Shown: piece by piece, positions 40,226-52,239 of the stretch
How positions within the stretch are numbered: position 1 is the first letter of the stretch
Layout of the letters: every line of letters begins with the position of its first letter
Assembly: GCA_965153285.1 (NCBI GenBank)
Contig: OZ229112.1
Length of the DNA: 64,000 bases
From: Podarcis tiliguerta
Lineage: Eukaryota
Strand: one strand, 5' to 3'
Translations under genes and position numbers: made by a program
The notes under the pieces: model-generated
Seen by the model: the letters and a program-made list of their open reading frames with translations, nothing else
Told to the model about the DNA's origin: nothing
Database searches by the model: none

Positions 40226-40673
40226 CCCATCAGCTCACTGGCATGACCCAAATGTGGTGCCTTTTATCACCTTCCTCACTAGATTCCCCCAGATAGTCAT
40301 TTTAGCAGGTAGTGGTGCCACTTTTGAAAGGGAGCCAAGCTTGGCTGCCGTCCACAGTGGTTGCCTGTCTTTTAAATTTACCCAAAATGAAATTCCTCAG
40401 CCTAGGTAGGTATTGGGAGATCCATGCCAATGGCCCCCTGAAGTCTTGACCCTGACCCTGAACCCAGCTACTGTTACATTTTGACTTGACAGAGTAAACT
40501 CAACAATGGGCAGCCTAGTCGTTGTATTGTGCTCTTTGCCTCTAATGTCAACTGACTAAGTTAGGAAGAGAGCAGTCTAGCCTGCTATGATCATAACTAA
40601 AATCTGTCTTTTGTTGATTTTATAATCATGGATGATCAGGATCTGTAACCCAGAAGCATCTATAAGGCCATAG

Positions 40674-40677
<4 letters not shown>

Positions 40678-40705
<28 letters not shown>
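40678..40705. repeat. (CA)14 microsatellite
   Basis: Directly visible. Confidence 0.95.
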
Positions 40706-40758
40706 TTCAAACACAGGCAATTTTAAAGACCTATCTTAATCATGGCTCCTAAGCCTTG

Positions 40759-40825
40759 TGCCTGGCGTTCTCTGGTCCATGAGGTCACGAAGAGTCGGAC
40801 ACGACTAAACGACTAAACAACAACA
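40759..40825 (+). mobile_element. BovB (RTE) LINE, extremely 5'-truncated 3' end
   Basis: GCCTGGCGTTCTCTGGTCCATGAGGTCACGAAGAGTCGGACACGACTAAACGACTAAACAACAAC matches the BovB 3' terminus. TSD AAGCCTTG at 40751-58 and 40826-33. Confidence 0.92.
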
Positions 40826-42479
40826 AAGCCTTGCAAAATGAAATCCAACTTCAAAGACTAAGACTTGAGTTTAATAAAGTATTTGTTTCAATTTCTCAGA
40901 GGAAGTACCAAGTCTACCCAAGGTAAGGTAGCTGTAAATTAAAAATCTTCCTGTTCCCAAGGTTCTGTCAGCTGCTTTCTGGGATGCTACAGCTCTTGAT
41001 GTGTCAAGGACTTTCTCACTGACAGGATACCTCTCAGAGACTTCACTTAATAAGATGCTAAATTTGAAGAGAGTTGCAGGGAAGCCATGCCGTCTTAAAT
41101 AGCTGGGGGGAAGCATTAATCAGTGCTGTGCTAATGAATTTTTAATTCATACCTGGAGAACAAATTGACTGTGGCTCCTAATCTGGTTTCAGGAGTGTCT
41201 TGACTTAAAAGTTATGCAGTTACAGGTACTCCACTGTGTGTGTGTGTTCTTTATGTGCATAAAGAATTGCTTATTGGGGAGGGGGAATCAAACGGGGGGT
41301 GCTGGGAGATAAGAACATGTCAGATGAAGGAAATAATCTGTTTGTGGGGAGGGATGCCGTGCTCCTTTGTGCACTCAGGCCGACTTTTGCAAAAGTGAAA
41401 TAAAATATGTACATATTGGGCTTTCATGTTAGATAGTTTTACTCCAAATATTTGTCATCCTCTATTTATGGTAATACTACAACTATATTGAATGGAGTGT
41501 TATATGCTGGGCCACTAGAGGATAGGGTGATGCACATGGACATCAGATTTTAGCATCATCTCCCCCCCCCCCCTCTGTGTTGTGGCTCATAAAAGAAAAT
41601 GAAAATACATGCCAGCAGTAAACTTAGTAAGCTTTGCAAACTGGCCTGAGGTGAGGATGTGAAACTCTTCTTTATAAAAGAACATTGATAAAAGAACATT
41701 TTGTACAGTGGGATTCAGGCAGGGCTTTGTCTTCATTTTTGGACTATTGCAAGAACTTGGATAGATTGTAATGCCACCCGTAGCGCTGCAGAGCCAGGTG
41801 ATATTATTTGCCAATCTCTTGCAGTTTCATTTTCTTAACTCTTATAGTTGCCACCCATGCAGCTTTGTTTTTGAAAGCCCCCCCCAACCTCTACTCAGGA
41901 AGATGCAAGCTAGGCTGACAAATACCGGCGAATGCTTCTCAGTTTACCAAGTGGTAGCCATTTCCAGGGCAGACGTTTGCTTATTTGCATACAATAATAA
42001 AAACAATGAAATTCAGTTAACAATTAAAAAAATCAGTTAAAACAGCACAAAAATATGAGAGAAATACATATTCCAAAAAAAAAGCAGCAGCAAATATAAC
42101 AGCACCAACATAAGCCAGTAACAGCTTAAACCAGGGTTGGCAAGCTTACTTGGAGTCCTTGGTGAGAGACATTAGAACAAAAGATCGACACTCAGACAGG
42201 GTAACATTCATCTCTCTCAGGAGAGAGTTCTGAAGTTTTGTGTGAGTATCAAAAAAAGGCCTCATAAAAGGAGGAGATAGAATGCTGAAAACTTGTGGTG
42301 TTTTTGTGTTGTCTGTTTACAAATGTGCTGGTTGTGCAGGTGGGAAGCAATCATGTACCCATGCAGCATTTGTCCCAAATCAACATCAGGATTCCTCCCA
42401 CCCCATAAATGTCTTGGCAATATGCAACCACAAGCCTCAAGTAAAGCTGCTTCATCGTCCAGGATCAGAAGCAACTTAT

Positions 42480-42608
42480 CTGAAAATCAGTTGCTGGGGA
42501 ACAACTATGCAAATGTGCCAGCAGTTTCATATCTGGTTGGCCACGGTAGGAAATAGGCAGCTGAACTAGCTAGGTCTTTGGTCTGATCCATCAAGGCCAC
42601 TCTTATTA
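42480..42608 (+). mobile_element. CR1 LINE 3' end
   Basis: ATCTGGTTGGCCAC...GCTGAACTAG...TTTGGTCTGATCCATCAAGGCCACTCTTAT. Confidence 0.65.
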
Positions 42609-43897
42609 GCTATTCAAAAAATAAATAAATAATACGGCTAGAATTCTACTGATTTTGAGAAGCTAAAGGCATGTCTAGGTGACAGTATCCCAGGAGTGAA
42701 GGAACTGGAAATCTTCCCATGTAGTTATGTGTCACCTGAAGCCTAGTGCATCCATATGGTTTCATTAACAGTGTGATCAGTGCATTATGTAAGATGCAGG
42801 TGATAGCAGCAGCTGCGGCAGTGACAGTAGTTATGGGAAATGACAGGCCGGGTGTCATTAAATCAGTGGAGCTGTCAAATATTCTCAGGCAGAAGAAAGA
42901 ACGTATCTCGTATGCCTCTCTCCTTCTTGGAGTGAGTTTAATTTTCTGTGAATGATAAGCGAGTGAGTATTTAAAACCAAAGTCCATTAATTTACAGCCC
43001 ATGCATAATGTAATCTTTGGCAACTATAGAATTCCACCACGGTGCTCGGCTGATATTTTGATCTACAGAGACCATCCTCTGGTGGATGAAAGGAGTAATT
43101 TGCCTTTCATGCCTTTTCAGCCTTGAGCTTCATCTGAAAAAGATTGCTTGATTTGGGGAGTGGGGGAGAGGCAGAGGAAAAAAGAAGAGATTCTTATTCA
43201 AACAATATGTGGTACTTCTGCAGTGCAACATGGATGCTGCTGAAAGAAAGATATCCCTTTAAAGTTCAGCCCAGCTCATTTAACTTACAGTTTGATCTGT
43301 ATTCTTCTAAGAGAAGTCAAAAGGTCAATGAATACAGTAATTAACTGCACGATGTATTCTCATAGCTGACACTTCCAATAACATTCAATCTACAGAGGAG
43401 TCTGAGCAGCAAAAGTGTCCAGTTTTCAGGGGGTGCTCTAGTTAAAATCTGCTTCTTGTGATAGGCTCAAGAAGCAAAGTCAACGATGATGGAAAACATT
43501 TGATGTGGCCGCTCTCACTTCAATCCTCTTCATCTCAGCGTGTTGCATATTTACTTTTATGCAGGGGTTCTCAAACAGGGGGCAGAGTTATTAAAAAAAT
43601 GTCTGAGCCCTCCCTAGGTGTAAATAAGATTAAATAAAGAGCTCTTAACCTACAAGGCAAGCAAAGAAAAGGAGGGAGCTAAGTCACATCAGCAGGATAC
43701 TTGAGGGCTTATAGGTGTAATAAGCCCTAGAGAAACAAAAAGCTTGATAAAACATAGGTTTTCCATATGGACTTCTTCAGCGAAAACAAGCTTATGTTTC
43801 TGCCAACCCATGTTGGTGTCAAATAAATTTCCACCTGTAGGAGTGACCTATCATAATGAGACTGATGCTGCATCTGCATTATACATTTAAGGCAGTA

Positions 43898-44871
43898 AAA
43901 AAAAGTAAAGGTAAAGGACCCCTGGATGGTTAAGTCCAGTCAAAGGCTACTATAGGGTGCGGTGCTCATCTTGCTTTTCAGGCTGAGGGAGCTGGCATTT
44001 GTCCGCAGACAGCTTTCCGGGTCATGTGGCCAGCAGGACACTTATGGTGCAACAGAACACTGTGACGGATACCAGAGCACACGGAAATGCCGTTTGTGGT
44101 TCGAGGACCCGACTCCCACTTGGTGGAATAAAGACACATTGACACAGGATATAAGGTTAATGGGCAAGAAAAGGCCACAACTTTATTGATTACAGCAAGT
44201 GAGAAGGTATTGGCTTAGGCATTGGACTACGGAAGATTTGACTCCACCCACTCAAACAGGGGTGAGTCTGAAGAGGGGGTTAACCACCAGTAGGGGGAGC
44301 CTGTTGATGCCAATACAACTATAAGCTCTCCCCTGATGTCACCGAGGGTCGTGCCATGCCCCCCCCCGCCACACAGGCATCGGACAGGATTCACGACCGC
44401 CGGATTCCTTTAACGGAATACCCAAATTTGAAGGGGTAGGCGCTGGCCACACCTTGCCCTTCCACACACCAACAACACATTCCGACTCGTGACGGGAAGG
44501 TGAGCAAATGGGCTGAATGGCTGGCGCGGCTGTGTCTTGAGCAGCAGACCACGCCCCCACCCAGCCGCCCGATTGAGTGCTCAACTGGGAGGGCGTGGCG
44601 CACCAGCCATGTGGATGGGGCAGGGGGCATAACGCCCCCTGCGTGACGCGGGAGTCGTCTCCCGCCCACAACACCTCCCCTCCGGAAGGAGGAGAGGCCT
44701 TACCTTCCCACCACAGTGGTACCTATTTATCTACTCGCACAGACGTGCTTTCAAACTGCTAGGTTGGCAGGAGCTGGGACAGAGCAACGGGAGCTCACCC
44801 CGTTGCATAAATTTGAACTGCTACCCTTCTGATCAGCAACCCCAAGAGGCTCAGTGGTTTAGACCACAGCG
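43898..44871 (-). mobile_element. Sauria SINE interrupted at 44095-44700
   Basis: Tail GTAAAGGTAAAGGACCCC. GCCGTT|TACCTTCCC is rejoined by removing the insert. Head ...CTCAGTGGTTTAGACCACAGCG. Confidence 0.93.
44095..44700 (-). mobile_element. LTR-like insert (Gypsy/ERV 3' LTR plus polypurine tract, or DIRS/Ngaro-type terminal repeat)
   Basis: TGTGG (44095) ... CCACA (44670) inverted ends. Minus-strand AATAAA (TTTATT at ~44182). CpG-rich. Minus-strand purine tract GGAGGGGAGG just before TGTTGTGGG. Confidence 0.65.
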
Positions 44872-46607
44872 TCATGCCACTTTGTCCTGGCTTCCCCCAA
44901 AGTATCCTGGGAACTGTAGTTTGTTAAGGGTGCTGAGAGTTGTTAGGAGAATGCTAGTCCTCTCACAGCGCTATGATTCCCCAAGTTCCCTGGGAACAAG
45001 GATTGATTGTTAAATCTGTCTGGGAAGTGCAGTGTCTACTAACAACTCTCAGTACCCATAAAAAACTGCAGTCCCAAGGATTCTTTGAGGAAAGCCATGA
45101 CTGTTCAAAGTAGCATGAAACAGCTTTCAATAGTGCAAATGAAAATGACAGCATGGCCAGATGGGTTTGGCCAGGGTGGACCCCAAGACATTTTGCCATC
45201 TGAGACGAGACAGAAACTATTGTCACTGCGCCACACAATGTCACAAGTCGCTACTTGCTGCAGGCACCGCAAGAAAGCCAACTGCAGGCTTAATCACAGT
45301 GGCATGGTAGTGGCTGGCAAGGGGGTGGACTCATCGTGGCAGCTGGGGAGATAGGGCTTAGGTGAGGGAGACATGTGTTCCACTGCCCCTTTCAAACTGC
45401 TGCCTGAGACAAGTAACTCAGTGGCTCATGGCCTCAGGTTTGGCCATTTTTGTGTCATTGGAGCTGTGCATGTCTTTAGGACTGGGATACCAAGCAGTTT
45501 TTTTCCAAAGGATGTTAATCATACTTCAAAGCCTTTCACATTAACAAACTGTAAAGTGAGAGAGATGATAAGCTATGAAAGCAAAACAATGTGCTCAGGT
45601 TTAGGAGGATCCATGGAAAACTTGTATCAAAACATGTAGCCTTTTCTGGTTTATTTTCCCCATGGCCTCAAATAGCTTAATCTCACTGTTTCAGGTCCCC
45701 CCCCCCAAAGGGGGGGGGAACCCTCCATACTTTTTTCAGTTCAGCATGCTTGCAGAAATGCAAGATGGAGGTCAACTTTATGAGAGTGGCTGTGTTACTC
45801 AGATTTATTAAGATACATAGCGGTTCTATTGATCTGGGAGAACTGTAAGAGCCCTGGTAATGGGAAAAGAAGCAGCACGCTGTTGCCAGCAGCCGCTTTC
45901 TTTAAGCCAGTACTGAAGGCTGTATAATTTCCAACTGACTATGGAAGGGAATTGGTTTACAGCTCTGAATTTTTTCCCCTGGTTCTTAATTTCTGCTCCA
46001 CATGTTGTCATTGATGTTTTAGACTTCCTAAAAGCCATTTGTATTCTTAGGCTATGTGTGCACCAGCTGAATTTGTGTGTGTGCTTTGTTTCCGAATGGT
46101 ACCACAAATAGCATGTACAGTCCACATCGTGTCCCCACACTTTGTTCTGATTAGGGCTCTGCTTCCTGGTGTTTTAGCATGAAGACAAAGGGCTCTGCGA
46201 TGTATCCTCAGTGTTTATGGGGGCAAATGATGACAAAGTGGGAGCTATCAAAAAGCCACAGAAGCTTTCTAAGAGCTCCATTCCTCTCCCATCCACACAC
46301 AAACATGGATACCACTCACTCCTCCATAGCACTGAGCCTGAGGAGTTGCTCTGACAGTGCTCTGTAACCACTAGGTTTGGGGAGTAGGCACCAGGAAACT
46401 TGGCAAAAGCCTACCGTTCTCTAGCTTTGTGTCTCCCAAGTCTTCAGCAGCCTAAGTATGTGCTCTGATAACGCCCATTAGCTCTTTGCTGCTTTGGTGG
46501 GCAAGAGCCAGGGAAGCAGAGGTAAATTCACAGTGGATTAGACACACTTCAGGATCTTCAATTTTAGTCCTTCTACTTCAACGTATTTATGCTTTTTAAT
46601 GTTTGCA

Positions 46608-46805
46608 GATAGCATGGCTCAGTGGTAGAGAGCACATATTTTGCACATAGAAGACTCAGGTCCAGTCCCTGCTACCTTCCATTTACAAAAGGGGGCGGGG
46701 TGGGGGGTGGTGTGGTGTTCTTAAGTTGCAGGGCTGAGAAAGATCTAAGTTACTGAAGAAGAACAGAGGGCAAGTGAACCAACTGTCCGGCGCAGTGTAA
46801 AGCTT
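46608..46805 (+). mobile_element. Decayed tRNA-derived SINE (Squam2-like)
   Basis: GCATGGCTCAGTGGTAGAGAGCACAT...TGCACATAGAAGACTCAGGTCCAGTCCCTG head. Confidence 0.6.
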
Positions 46806-47334
46806 CATTACTCAAGCTATGTATCAACAACCTTTTGTTTGTTCTTCTGTATAATGACAGTCATAACAGATACTGATATGGTCATATCAAAGATTTATAT
46901 AGTCATCCTGAATATCTCATTTTTCTGTTGTGAAAATCTATAACCCCAAAACTACTACTTAGGATAGTCCTTGGTAATAAGTAGATGAACTGATAACAAA
47001 GGGACATCATTCATTTTTCGCGTTCTTTTTTTCTTTCCTTCAGGACTGCATGTGTCGGAGATACCACAGTTGTTTGTGACATCATAATTCAGTCACTTGT
47101 AAGGAGTTGTGATGCGGTAGACAATGACCCGTGGCATGGTTGCAAATGAATCAGTAGAAACGATGAAGAGACTGAAACAGAATAAACCATTATTTACACC
47201 CAGATACCTCACTAATCAGCACACATGGAGGGGGGTGGTATTTGCCAGAGTGGAATAGGGATTATTAAATGGGAGAGAGATTTGGGATTTGTTTGTAGAA
47301 AACTCCCTAAAGCACTTGGATTAAAATACAGCTG

Positions 47335-47550
47335 CGATGCTGAAAGTAAATCAGATGTTAGATTGCATTGGTAGGGTAAACAATGAGAACCAAAGCTTTG
47401 GAAGCGATGTTATTGTCATATAAGGCACTAGTCACAGTACACAGGAAATACAGTCACCCGTATTGTGGACTTCACCTGCTTTCGAAAAAGAATAACAGAC
47501 AAACCAACACAGCCAAGAGCCAGAAAAACATTAATTGTTGAAAGGGCAAA
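47335..47550 (+). mobile_element. Ancient CR1 RT C-terminal fragment
   Basis: Frameshifted traces of the CR1 motifs 'AN.MLGCI.R ... LY.ALV..HLEY....W.P..KKD' (AATCAGATGTTAGATTGCATTGGTAGG; TATAAGGCACTAGTC). Confidence 0.5.
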
Positions 47551-47959
47551 AAATTATTTGGTTTTCCTTGGAGTAAATTAGTTCCTCCACCCTCAATATG
47601 TTGCCACATTACATTATCAAAAAGGTGAACACCACCATAAAGCTCACTCATGTTAAGATCTGTGTTTTACTAAGACATCTTGGGGACATAAATTTCACCA
47701 TCAGTGGAGATGTATGTGTCTGTGCTTAGGACGTTATTAGCAGAGATTCAGAATGTTACCCAAGTCTTACATCATCTGCAGTCCTTCATAACGTAAAATT
47801 TGAATCCACCTTGAGATTGCTGTCAGAACAGGAACAAATAATGAGTTACATGGAATACAGATTTAATAAATTGAATGAATGAATGAATGAATAAAATCAC
47901 TGTAGCCTTAGCTTGGATCCTTCAAGAATGAAACCTGGCAAAACTAAAGTGTGAATGAA

Positions 47960-48010
<51 letters not shown>
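47960..48010. repeat. Compound (TG)n(GA)n microsatellite
   Basis: Directly visible. (GAAT)n nearby at ~47872-47892. Confidence 0.95.
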
Positions 48011-48012
<2 letters not shown>

Positions 48013-51000
48013 CTAATTTGATTCGGTAAAAGAACATTTAAATAGACAAATTAAAATTTATTCTAATCTATCCATCTTGCCATTTCTCTTATGATTTAAT
48101 GATGGACCTTTGGGGAGAATTTTTATGCTAGGATAGCATGAAAAACACACCTGACATTTCATTCTGCTCACCTGTGACCTCCCTATTATCCTCTTCAATA
48201 ATCCTTGAATGAAGCATTTCACGAGCTATTTGCTCTTTCCTGGCCATGTAATTATTATGCCCCTTATTCCTTTTGTTTAGCTGATTAATAAAAGTCATTT
48301 AATTTTTGAAAGTTTGAGGCTATTTTCTCATTTGGTATGCCTCCGCTAGGCATGTGTGTGTTACTATAAGATAACACTTGCAGGTCACTGAAGGCATTTG
48401 GCTTTACCTCATAGTTCACAACGCCCACAAGGCATGTTTTATCTTAGAATAACACATGCCTTGTCAAGTCTTCTTGCATCCAGGTTTGATGGACTGGCTT
48501 TCTGTCAGGTTCTCAAAAGAATGGTACTTAAAAATGCTTTTGGCTTTTCTTATTGTCTAGAGTTCAGAGTGCAGAGATGCATATCCTTCAGATATCAGAT
48601 GCACATAATGGAAAAGATGCATGGGAAGGTATAGTGCTTGTTTCTAAAAGCATAGAGAGAGCAGTTTCTGTCTTCCTAAGGAGACAATCCAATATTAAAT
48701 AGTAACATTCAGTTATATAACTCTTTAACAGGCTGGTGAAAATTCCCCTCAAGGAAGAGGTAAATGTGGAAGCTTGAGATTTACATGGACTTGCAGATCA
48801 TTTACATTCCAATATTGTTCAGAGTTAGGCATGCCTAAACCCATTGAAATTAAAGGTCTTAAGTGCACCAAACTTTGCACAGAATTTGGCTGTTAGTCAA
48901 TCCTTAATTGTAGGCTTTGCAACAGTCTCCTTCAGGCAATTTACTTGTTGTTTTGGCAGCTGACTCCAATACACCCTGCTTGAAATTAATCTTCCTTATT
49001 CTGGTAAAGTTTAATATTACCGGTAGAGTAGCTCATGTGCTTTCAGGTATGCTCTTAGGTACTTTTGAATTGACACCTACATCTGCAGCTTTGACTCTGT
49101 CTACCAGGAGTAAAGAGATATATATTCTTGCAATGTAGACCAGAGATTGTGGAATGATGGGTCATTCAATGAGATTACAGGGCTGGATCCAGATGTATAG
49201 TGCAATCCTGTTGAATTCAAATGGATTGCAACCTTAGTCATTCTTAGAGAAGACCCACTGAAATCAATGAGATTTAAGTTAGTCATGACTAAACTTCAAC
49301 TGGTTTTACTGTGATTGCTCTAAGCATGACTAAGTCTCTATATAGTCATTGCTATGGAAGAGACTAAGGTATTTTTGTGGGAAGGTATAACTCTGGGATA
49401 ACAAGTTTATTAGTTGACCCTTTAAGAACTTCTTCATGAGTGCCATAGAGATAATGCTATGAATAATGTTATAGGAAAATAATGTTTAATTATTGTTTTA
49501 TGTTTTACTGTAAGCCACGTTGGAAGGATTTGTATCCAGAATGGTATTTTGAACAACATGACTTTTATTATTTATTATCTAAGGGCAAAGACCTCACCAA
49601 TTCCCATGGTACATTTATTCATACCATCTTGAATAATTTTGGTGAAAATGAGTTGACTCTAGATTCACTTAGTTCCTAGTGAAATAAATGGGACTTTAAA
49701 ACTGTGGTCATGGCTACTTTTTACATTGATTTCAATAGGACCCAGTGTTAGTAACTTAATCTGCATCCACCCCAGTATGCAAAAGGGTTTCTTAACATGA
49801 CATTTTTAATCAAACTGATATTTGAAATATATTAGGTGATGTCATATCATACTCAGAGTAGCTGTTTTGAAATCATTGGCCTTAAGTCTATTACTTTCAA
49901 TGTGCCTGCTCTTAGCATAACTTTTTTACATCAGCCATTCTGATGTATGGCTAAAGTTTAAATCTTCAGATACTACCATGGACAAGGTTCCTGTACCTCA
50001 AGTAGTGGTGTAGAAAAGGAAATTTTTGCAGTCACGCCTTACAGTAGAGAACACAGATATTTTATTTTATTTTGGCGTTCATACACTACCCCAGGGCAGC
50101 TCACAATGCCAGTTAAAATCAAAACAGCAATGATGAAATGTACCACAGTTAAAAAAGAAAAAAAACCAACTCAAATATTTATCAATTAGAAGAGCAGAGC
50201 TCTTTGGGTTTTGGTTTATTTTTTTAAGCCCTCCATCTCCAGTGGTTAAAATACAACCTCCTTCAGTACTTAGAGCACAATTTGTGTTAGGGTTCTTATC
50301 AGGGTCCCTATCAAGGGGAAGTTTCTAAGTACAGGAACTTTCTTCAGATCTTCGCTTAAAGATCCCAACTCTGGTGGTTCATGATTGAGGGATTCAAGCT
50401 ATAGTCAGGATTGTGAAAAGCTTTACAATCTCTAAACCACTTTTTTTTTTTTAGCATGATCCAGTCAAAATGAATAATTATTTAATCCTATTGGTTTTAG
50501 TGAAGGGAGGTAAGCCTATGCAAAAGTTCTTCATTTGAAAGGAATGGTGTTTTAATTTGCTTAACTTTGGCTCATTCATGCTAATCGTAAGGACAACTTG
50601 TCCTTCGCAAATTCTAGGTTGCCTTTGGAATAACAATAGAAACCTATTGAAGAATATGTTTTCAATTTTTAAAGTGTTTAAAGAAGAAATAAGTTTTTTA
50701 AGTAGTTTTTTTATAGTAAAAACCCAAACTTTAAAAGTTGGCTTATCATTTTTTGCAAGCACATCATGCATTGGGCAAAACACTTTATCAGTTGCCCTTT
50801 GCTTTACACTTTTCCTGCTCCATTATGCAAAGAGTATGGGGTAATTGCTAAGCACAATCAATGTGAACACAGGTATTTCAGTGCGTGTAGCAGGGATTCA
50901 ATGCAGACCAACAGCTTCCTCCAGCTGTTTTTTATCTAAATAAAACTAGGAAGAGCCTAAGCTTCTTATATCCTCCCCCCTCTTTCCTTCTTGATTAATT

Positions 51001-51735
51001 ATCTACTCGTATACACGTTCAGGAGTTTATGATGATAGACTCTGGATTATGTTTCAGCTTGTTATTGTTTAATTTACGCACAGTGCTGTAAGTGTACATG
51101 ATGAGATATGCCAGGTAATCTCTCCCAAACAAATAGCAACAATGCTTCTGCAAGGGCAGCCCACAGCTATGTGCTTTTATTCCCATTTTCAGTGCGAACT
51201 ACTAACATTTAATGTTAATTCAGCAGCTAACCTTGTGGTAGAAAGCGTGTACATTCATTTTGAAAGTATTTTTTGGGTCCATCAATGAAGTTCTGATAAT
51301 GCCCATCACCTGAAGGCCTGGCCAGCATAGGCTGTATCTAAGAAGTAATGGGACACAATCAGAACAAGATCTAATTATCAAACTTGGCTTTTTGCCACTC
51401 TGCACAATTAAATAAATGGATAGACTCCAGTTTTATGATGACGCTTTAAAACATGCATGTGTGTTCCAGTAACATAGATAATTTTTCATTGCACATCTCA
51501 GTAGCATTATGATTGTCACCAAAAATCCATTCCCAAAGGCTGGGACTGAAGAGAGCCCTAGGGAAATTTATGTCCATTTCTCACTGGGTTCCCCAGGTAG
51601 CATGGACTTTGTGTGTGCCATTCCTGCACCATCCATAGGTACATTGCATTCAAACCACAGGAAAGGAATTTCAGAATCAGCCACACTGATGCCTTGAAAC
51701 ACCAGTATTCAACCTTTTCGACTGAAGGCCTATCA

Positions 51736-51818
51736 CAGGGTTGCCATTTTTCAAAAAAGTGAAAATCCGGACAAAGGCCCAGATATGTCCTGGAATTTCC
51801 AGACATTTGGCAGCCCTA
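51736..51818. mobile_element. Minimal 83-bp hAT MITE
   Basis: TIRs CAGGGTTGCCA / TGGCAGCCCTA. Perfect TSD GCCTATCA (51728-35, 51819-26). Related to 34344-34489. Confidence 0.92.
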
Positions 51819-52239
51819 GCCTATCATAAGCCCAAATATGCATTGGGGAACTATTTTTTTTTTAATAACCATATATGTGTACAGTGGTTGTGCTGCTGTT
51901 AGCAACAACCTAATAGTGGGCATTGATTGACCTACTAGTAGGAAACCAGTGCCATCATAATAATAATTTGTGTAGAATCAGCTTCCTGATCTGCAATCTG
52001 TTTGGAGGTAAACACTGTATTTACTGTGGTATGTGGTCATGAAGAGGTTTCCTAAAACTGGCCTGATACCTTAACTTGGAAACTAATTAAATGATGGTAA
52101 GTTTAAGATGTACTCATTCACACAATATTCTGTTTTTACCATCTGCTGGAGGTGAAGCACCACATTTCATTAGTTGTCTGGGATGAACTTTCTGCCTGCC
52201 TTCAGTGGCAAGAGTCTGGAAACAGGCACAGAGAGAGAT

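Larger units (their letters stand above)
43871..45141. mobile_element. Palindromic squamate MITE split by a SINE insertion (arms 43871-43897 and 44872-45141)
   Basis: CATCTGCATTATACATTTAAGGCAGTA|TCATGCCACTT rejoins across the SINE and is complementary to the right end AAGTAGCATGAAACAGCTTTCAATAGTGCAAATG. Long internal inverted arms GGCTTCCCCCAAAG..GGGTGCTGAGAGTTGTTAG / CTAACAACTCTCAGTACCC..CTTTGAGGAAAGCC. Confidence 0.75.

Noticed and set aside
43720-43825. Hammerhead ribozyme in a Penelope-like remnant (CTGAAGAAG / CGAAA)
   Set aside because: The core motifs are in the wrong arrangement and the stems are decayed. At most it is a degenerate Penelope relic.
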